64,000 bases of DNA, taken from the NCBI GenBank assembly GCA_965248695.1, contig CBDFKD010000002.1:4000001-4064000 (forward strand), written 5' to 3'. Positions 58,782 through 64,000 of this stretch are shown here, piece by piece. The notes under the pieces were generated by a model. It saw nothing but the letters and a program-made list of their open reading frames with translations, searched no databases and had not been told where the DNA came from. Position 1 is the stretch's first letter, and each line of letters starts with the position of its first letter. The DNA comes from Acidobacteriota bacterium (GTDB taxonomy: Bacteria; Acidobacteriota; UBA890; WLXD01). The position numbers and the translations under genes were made by a program.

Positions 58782-60656
58782 TTACCCCAGTTGGTACTCA
58801 GGCGTGCTCAAGACCAGGTATAGGACTGCCCTTAGAGCGTGCTCCCTGCCGCCGGCTGACGATCCGCTCTCACCGAGTCGCTCTTCGAGGAAGGCGACGA
58901 GATCCGCTTGCGCATCGTGTTCGAGAGAGATGTGCAGAAAACGGCGAGCGAGGCGCTCGATCACTTCGGCGCTGGTTTCCGCGCCCTCGGCCGAGAGCAT
59001 CCCCACTAGGTCGAGATCGATGGCGTGGCGAGGAACCAGCTTGACCCTCTCGTAGGCCATGACGTATCCGCGGTAGCCACCGTAGCGAGTGTTGTAGTCC
59101 TCATCGGCGTCGGCCATCATGCTCGACGCCGAGTCGCCGGCCCGGGTCGCGGAGGTGATGTTGGCTCCCTCCGCCAGACGGCGTCCCACCTGCGCGTAGA
59201 TCCCGGGCATACGGCGGTCGGGTGCCCCATAGGACTCGAGGTCGGGCGGAAAGAGGATGTTGCGCATCAGGTTGCCGCGCTCCAGCAGGGTCGCCGGAGT
59301 GATCCAGGTCCGACCGCCGGCCCATCCCGCGACGTTGGGTGGGTGAAAGAGGGACTGACCGAGGCTGGCGGTGAGCCCGTTGAAATCTGGAACCGTCGGC
59401 AGCTTCTCGAGTCCGAGCTTGCGATAGGTCGAGACCACCAGGTGCACCGGGCTCTTGATCTGGGTGGCGAAGGACCCGGGACCGTAGAAATCACGCGACA
59501 GGAAGATCCTCTCGAGCACCGGACGGAGCTCGTAGTCCGACTCGCGAAAGAGCGCCGCGAGCTCGGCGAGGATGCCCGGCGGCGCCTCCTCGGCGACGAA
59601 GAAGCGATAGAGCTTCGCGGCAATGAAGTCAGCCGTCGCTGGCTGCTCGAGGATGATGTCGATGATCTCGTCGCCGTCGAACGTCCCTTTCCTGCCTAGG
59701 AACTCCTTTTCTCCATAGTCGTGCAGGTTGCCGTCGAAGCGGAACTCGAGGACATCGTTGGTCCAACCGGTAAAGGCACGCGATGCCTCTCGAATGTCGT
59801 GCTCGCTGTAGTTGCCGTCTCCCATGGTGAAGAGCTCGAGCAGCTCGCGGCCGAAGTTCTCGTTGGGATGGTCCTTGACGTTCTCGCCGTTGTCGAGGAA
59901 GACGAGCATCGCCGGGTCTTTCATGATCGCCAGCAGCACGTCGCGGAAGTTCCCGCTGGCGTGCCGGCGCAGCGTTCGGTTCTGCACCAGCATCATGCGG
60001 TAGTCGCGCACTTTGACGTCGGATGTCGCGAAGTGACCGTGCCAGAAGAATGTGAGCTTTTCTTCGAGCGGCCGCTTGCTCCTCAGCATGCGTTCGCCCC
60101 ACCACAGGCCGAGTCGAAGCACCTCGAGGCGGTCGGCCCGGAGCCCGTAGAAGAACTTGTCGACCACCGGCTGAAGGCGCCGCGACGACCCTTCCGGAAG
60201 GATGTCGACTCCGAGAGCGCGACCCCTATCTCTGCCGATACGGACCGCTTCGGCGCGGCTCGGCGGAAACGGGTCCATACCCTCGTCGAAGATCCCGGAG
60301 TGCTCGAACGGGCCCACCGAGGGATTGGCGATCGACCGGTAGTCGACCAGACGTCGCACGACCTGGCGGGGATCCGCCTTGGCCAGAAGCTCGATCTCTT
60401 GCGGCGTCGCACCGAAGCCGGCGCGCTCCATCAGATGAGCGGCACGCTCGTAGCTCCAATCGGCGGGGCCGATCGGGTCGAGGTCGCCGATCCATTCGGC
60501 GGGCCCGGCGCCGGTGTCGTTGCCGGTCGCCTCGAGACCTGGCGCCGCGAGGGATGCGCAGAGAAGCGAGAAGGCGAGCAGGAGTAGGGGAGAGCACAAT
60601 CGACGTATCGGGCTTGTCCGCGCGGTCGCAGTGCTGTCGTCGTCGGGGTGGCGCAC
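58782..60656 (-). CDS. DUF1800 domain protein
   Basis: HLMERAGFG, EKLTFFWHGHF, DPAMLVFLD, PNENFGRELLELFTMG, PPNVAGW, PEYQL; GGAGG 8 nt before GTG 60656. Confidence 0.92.
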   Translation of the reverse strand: MRHPDDDSTATARTSPIRRLCSPLLLLAFSLLCASLAAPGLEATGNDTGAGPAEWIGDLDPIGPADWSYERAAHLMERAGFGATPQEIELLAKADPRQVVRRLVDYRSIANPSVGPFEHSGIFDEGMDPFPPSRAEAVRIGRDRGRALGVDILPEGSSRRLQPVVDKFFYGLRADRLEVLRLGLWWGERMLRSKRPLEEKLTFFWHGHFATSDVKVRDYRMMLVQNRTLRRHASGNFRDVLLAIMKDPAMLVFLDNGENVKDHPNENFGRELLELFTMGDGNYSEHDIREASRAFTGWTNDVLEFRFDGNLHDYGEKEFLGRKGTFDGDEIIDIILEQPATADFIAAKLYRFFVAEEAPPGILAELAALFRESDYELRPVLERIFLSRDFYGPGSFATQIKSPVHLVVSTYRKLGLEKLPTVPDFNGLTASLGQSLFHPPNVAGWAGGRTWITPATLLERGNLMRNILFPPDLESYGAPDRRMPGIYAQVGRRLAEGANITSATRAGDSASSMMADADEDYNTRYGGYRGYVMAYERVKLVPRHAIDLDLVGMLSAEGAETSAEVIERLARRFLHISLEHDAQADLVAFLEERLGESGSSAGGREHALRAVLYLVLSTPEYQLG

Positions 60657-60790
60657 GCCCTGTCCCTCCGGGACTAGAAATCGGGAGTCAAGCATACGTC
60701 ATGGCGAGTTTTTCTCGCCCATGCCGGGTGCAGCGAACGCAGATTGTCGCAATTCTGCCTACCCAGCAGCCGCCGATCGGGTGTTCTCGT

Positions 60791-61522
60791 TCAGCAGTTC
60801 GGGTCGGTCCTCGGGCAGACCGGGAGCGCGGGCTTGTCCGGGTCGATTGATTCGATGCTTTCGAGACGGAGTACCTCCCCTTCCCATACGGCGGTGATCT
60901 CGACCGGCTGGCCGGCGAGAGCCCTGAGCTCTTCCTCGAAATCCTCGGCATTGACAAAGGTGACAGCTGAATTCTGCCCGCCCCACGACCGATTGAAGAT
61001 GATCGCCAGGTCCATCGGAGCCTGCACCCGGCTGAGCACCCATGCGGCCGGATCGGGCTCGTCGTCGGGAGGCGCAAGCTCGAGCCGATGACCGATGGTC
61101 CCTTGACGTGCGGTGCGAAACTCCTCCGGACTGCCGTACGTCAAGTCGACCTGTCGGCGGCCGGTGACTGGTTCGGTGCCGAAGGGGCTGACGACAGTTC
61201 CCGTCATCAGATCGCCGTCGAGCTCGAGGGTGTACTCGTAGGCGCCAAAGGCGAAGCTGATCGCCGCGCCCTTGACTCGAAAGTCGTCGACCGGGACGAA
61301 ACGGTCGCGGATCGAGGTGAGCTGTCCCTCGAGCGCACCGTCGACCAGCTCCACCCGCAGTAGCGAGGTGGGAACTCTGCCCGACAACCCTTCGCTCTGA
61401 TCTCCGGTCTTCAAGTTCCAGACACCCACCAGGTCCGGCTCGGCCTGCCGGGTGCGCCCGGAGACCCCCAGCCCGACGCCGAGCGCGACAGCGAGAGCGA
61501 CTGTGTCCGAGGCTCTGATCAT
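60791..61522 (-). CDS. Hypothetical exported protein
   Basis: Hydrophobic leader, LVGVWNL beta-barrel-like N-domain and an OB-fold-like C-part (LAGQPVEITAVW); 9 bp after the upstream gene. Confidence 0.6.
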   Translation of the reverse strand: MIRASDTVALAVALGVGLGVSGRTRQAEPDLVGVWNLKTGDQSEGLSGRVPTSLLRVELVDGALEGQLTSIRDRFVPVDDFRVKGAAISFAFGAYEYTLELDGDLMTGTVVSPFGTEPVTGRRQVDLTYGSPEEFRTARQGTIGHRLELAPPDDEPDPAAWVLSRVQAPMDLAIIFNRSWGGQNSAVTFVNAEDFEEELRALAGQPVEITAVWEGEVLRLESIESIDPDKPALPVCPRTDPNC

Positions 61523-61531
61523 CGGTTGGGC

Positions 61532-62776
61532 TCAGCTGGCCCCGGTGTCGGTTGTGAGATCAGTGAGGGAAGGAACGATCGGCCTATCGAGCTTGCGGCG
61601 GTAGTGCATCCATCCCTGGAACATCTCGTCGCGCGAATCCTCTCCGTACAGAACCTTTAGGCTGGGATTTGGGTTCCAGGGGTTGTTCGCCGAGTTGTCG
61701 AAGTGCCCGGTGACGCGGAGCTTCGCTCCCTTGACCATCCGAATCGGCTCGACCAGCTTGTAGATCATCTGCCAGTAGATGCTGTAGTTCGGCACGGAAA
61801 GCAGAATCTCCTCGCTGCCGTCGGGCTGGACCAGCTCGAACATCATGTCCTTGCCGCGATAGTGCATGTGCGGTTGAAGGACCAGAAGCTCGGCCTCCTC
61901 TTCGAACACCATTTCGGCGCTGTGCGCGACACTTGGCGCATACGGCGGGATCTCGAACGTCGAGTCGTGAACCGTGCCGCCGAATACCTGGTACTCGATC
62001 GGAGATCGGGCCAGCCACACACCGACCCGGGTGATGTTGGTCTGCTCCTCGCCGTTGGGGTGATAGTGCATCCTCAGCAACAGGTCGGCTCCGGCCGGGA
62101 ACAGCACGGCGCTGCCCTCCGGGAAGAAATCCGGCGGCTTCCCGGGAAGGTCGATCCCGAGCATTGTCCGGTCGCCGCCCCGGAGCTTGCTCATGACGTC
62201 GATATGGTGGACGATCCGCCGATTCCCCCGGGCTTCCAACCCACGTAACCAGAGGTCCTCTGTGTGGTTGGTGGGGATTATGACGGGTTGGAATATGTCC
62301 GGCCCGCCGGCCGGCATGTGCCACTCCTCGTCCATCTCGAACACGTAGTCGGGGGCCCCCTCGGTGGCGGCGAGCGTCCAACCGTCCGCGTAGGTCGGCG
62401 GCGCGAACGTGCCCGTCCCGCGTGGGGTACCGGCCTCGATCCACGCCAGCATTGTGCCGATTTGCTCGTCCGTCAGCCGGCGGTCGTTGGAGAAATGGCC
62501 ATAGCGCGGATCCGCGTGCCAGGGCGGCATAATCCGATCGGCGACGACCATGCGGATCGAGCGAGCCCATGGGACAACGTCGTCGTAGGACAAGAACGAC
62601 ATGGGGGCCACCTCGCCCGGTCGGTGGCAAGTCATGCAGCTGGCCGCCATGAGCGGACCGATGTCTTCGGTCCAGGTCGGCACCGGTTCTTGCGGCAGCG
62701 AGCCCGAGGCGGGGAGCGTGCTCCAGCCGCCGATCAGCAACGACGATGCGACGCCGACGATCAGGCCCTTCCTCAT
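61532..62776 (-). CDS. Cytochrome c (CxxCH) domain fused to a copper type II monooxygenase (PHM)-like domain
   Basis: Signal peptide, CMTCHRPG, MPPW, IVHH, MHY, PHMHYRGK, GHFDNSANN, DEMF; AGGAG RBS before ATG 62776. Confidence 0.82.
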   Translation of the reverse strand: MRKGLIVGVASSLLIGGWSTLPASGSLPQEPVPTWTEDIGPLMAASCMTCHRPGEVAPMSFLSYDDVVPWARSIRMVVADRIMPPWHADPRYGHFSNDRRLTDEQIGTMLAWIEAGTPRGTGTFAPPTYADGWTLAATEGAPDYVFEMDEEWHMPAGGPDIFQPVIIPTNHTEDLWLRGLEARGNRRIVHHIDVMSKLRGGDRTMLGIDLPGKPPDFFPEGSAVLFPAGADLLLRMHYHPNGEEQTNITRVGVWLARSPIEYQVFGGTVHDSTFEIPPYAPSVAHSAEMVFEEEAELLVLQPHMHYRGKDMMFELVQPDGSEEILLSVPNYSIYWQMIYKLVEPIRMVKGAKLRVTGHFDNSANNPWNPNPSLKVLYGEDSRDEMFQGWMHYRRKLDRPIVPSLTDLTTDTGAS

Positions 62777-62871
62777 TGTGTTTTCTCCTGTGCGAGGATT
62801 TCTGTAGACCCGCTTGCGCTTGGCAAACATACACCGCTGCCTCACCCCAGAGCCACAGGAAGGATCAGTGA

Positions 62872-63138
62872 ACGCTGCAGGAGCCCTCCGTCGACGTGTT
62901 GTCCAGACCGCGGTTGCGCACCAACCTGTCGCTTTCGGATCGCGTGCTGTTCGACGCGCTGCTACAGCACAGCAGCGTCACCGACCAGCTATCGGCGTTC
63001 GTGCGGTTGCGCTACATCTATCGCAGCGGCGACGACTTCTACCTCGTGTACCGTCAGTCCACGGCGTTCGGGGGGCTGTTCGACCGCCTCGACGACCGCA
63101 CGCTGACGGCGAAAGTCACCTTCACGATGCAGCGGTAG
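62872..63138 (+). pseudogene. C-terminal remnant of a DUF5916-like outer-membrane beta-barrel gene
   Basis: Amphipathic strands DALLQH, FVRLRYIYRSGDDFYLVY, TAKVTF. In-frame TGA at 62869-62871 and no room for the 5' part. Confidence 0.6.
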
Positions 63139-63238
63139 CCTCGGTCCGCCATCGACACTGCCAGCCCTGGACGGCAGCCTGTCATGGGACTAGCGTACCC
63201 ACGCTGCAGGGCCTGTGCGTGTTGACCACGGGCCGAGG
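63139..63238 (+). ncRNA. Candidate structured leader/hairpin covering the RBS
   Basis: CCTCGGTCCG/CGGGCCGAGG, TCGACAC/GTGTTGA, GCCCTG/CAGGGC and TGGG/CCCA stack into a ~100-nt irregular hairpin. Confidence 0.4.
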
Positions 63239-63247
63239 AGGCCACTG

Positions 63248-64000
63248 ATGAAATCCATAGCCAGGACGGCGCTGAGCCTGTTCGTTCTTTTGGCAGCCGA
63301 GACACCGGTTCCTGAGGCGAACGATGGGCCCATCGGGGAGCACAACGGGCGTCAGGTAGCGGATCTGGTGTTTCGCAATGGTGCGGTTTACACGGTCGAT
63401 GCTGCGCGCAGTTGGGCCTCGGCAGTAGCCGTCGCGGGCAACCGCATCGTCTACGTTGGCACTGACGGCGGTGCGGCGCCGTTCGTTGGAGCTGGCACTC
63501 GGGTCGTCGACCTTGGCGGTCGCATGATGTTGCCCGGTTTCCAGGATTCACATCTCCACCCGGGCGGAGGCGGGGTCGGCATGACCCGGATTCAGCTCAA
63601 CGGTGTCTTTGATCGAGGCGAGGTCTTTCGCCTCATCGAGGAATACGCGCAGGCTCATCCCGAGCTCGAGTGGGTCGTCGGTCGCGGCTGGGAAGCCGAC
63701 GCTTTCAAGCCTTCCGGGAATCCGGATCGCCACATGCTCGATGAGATCGTCACCGATCGACCTGCCTACCTGACCTTTTCGGGCACTCACGCCGCTTGGG
63801 TGAACAGCCGTGCCTTGGAGATCGCCGGCATCACGGCGGCCACGCCCGATCCAGTCAGCGGCGTCATCCGGCGCGACGAGAACGGCGAGCCTACAGGTCT
63901 GCTGATCGACAGCGCACAAGGTCTAGTGAGCCGCCACATCCCGCCCCTGACAGATCAGCAACGCGCCGATGGTTTGCGGCGCGCCTTCACCGAGTTCACT
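63248..64000 (+). CDS. Amidohydrolase-3 (YtcJ-like) protein, 3' truncated by window edge
   Basis: Absent from the ORF track; translated by hand as MKSIARTAL...[14 protein letters not shown]...[20 protein letters not shown]...WVVGRGW...[15 protein letters not shown]; GAGGAGG RBS. Confidence 0.9.
   Translation, partial: MKSIARTALSLFVLLAAETPVPEANDGPIGEHNGRQVADLVFRNGAVYTVDAARSWASAVAVAGNRIVYVGTDGGAAPFVGAGTRVVDLGGRMMLPGFQDSHLHPGGGGVGMTRIQLNGVFDRGEVFRLIEEYAQAHPELEWVVGRGWEADAFKPSGNPDRHMLDEIVTDRPAYLTFSGTHAAWVNSRALEIAGITAATPDPVSGVIRRDENGEPTGLLIDSAQGLVSRHIPPLTDQQRADGLRRAFTEFT

Overview
High-GC bacterial chromosomal window, most likely Acidobacteriota (an Acidobacterial-type VWA protein, three PQQ-like beta-propellers, many exported hydrolases; the taxon is inferred). 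It holds about 44 genes, dominated by exported peptidases/hydrolases, amine and amino-acid catabolic enzymes, transporters, a furA-katG oxidative-stress pair, a DUF1800/DUF1501 pair and a ~2500-aa adhesin. I found no tRNA, rRNA, CRISPR array, transposase or integrase. Most notable: (1) a candidate N-acyl-D-amino-acid/amide catabolic operon (APC permease, D-aminoacylase/serine-hydrolase fusion, two PLP enzymes, acyl-CoA ligase); (2) a 181-bp MITE-like element flanked by CTAG that sits between that fusion gene's Shine-Dalgarno and its ATG, and carries its own SD plus a mini-ORF whose stop abuts the ATG; (3) the adhesin, whose ~1800-aa core appears inserted inside a split DUF11 domain; (4) three +1 frameshifts that all repair to CGGCCG; (5) a heme-c/copper-monooxygenase-like gene heading a DUF1800-DUF1501 block bounded by two gene remnants; (6) a long hairpin covering the RBS of the last gene. 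All family assignments come from motif recognition by eye, not database searches.
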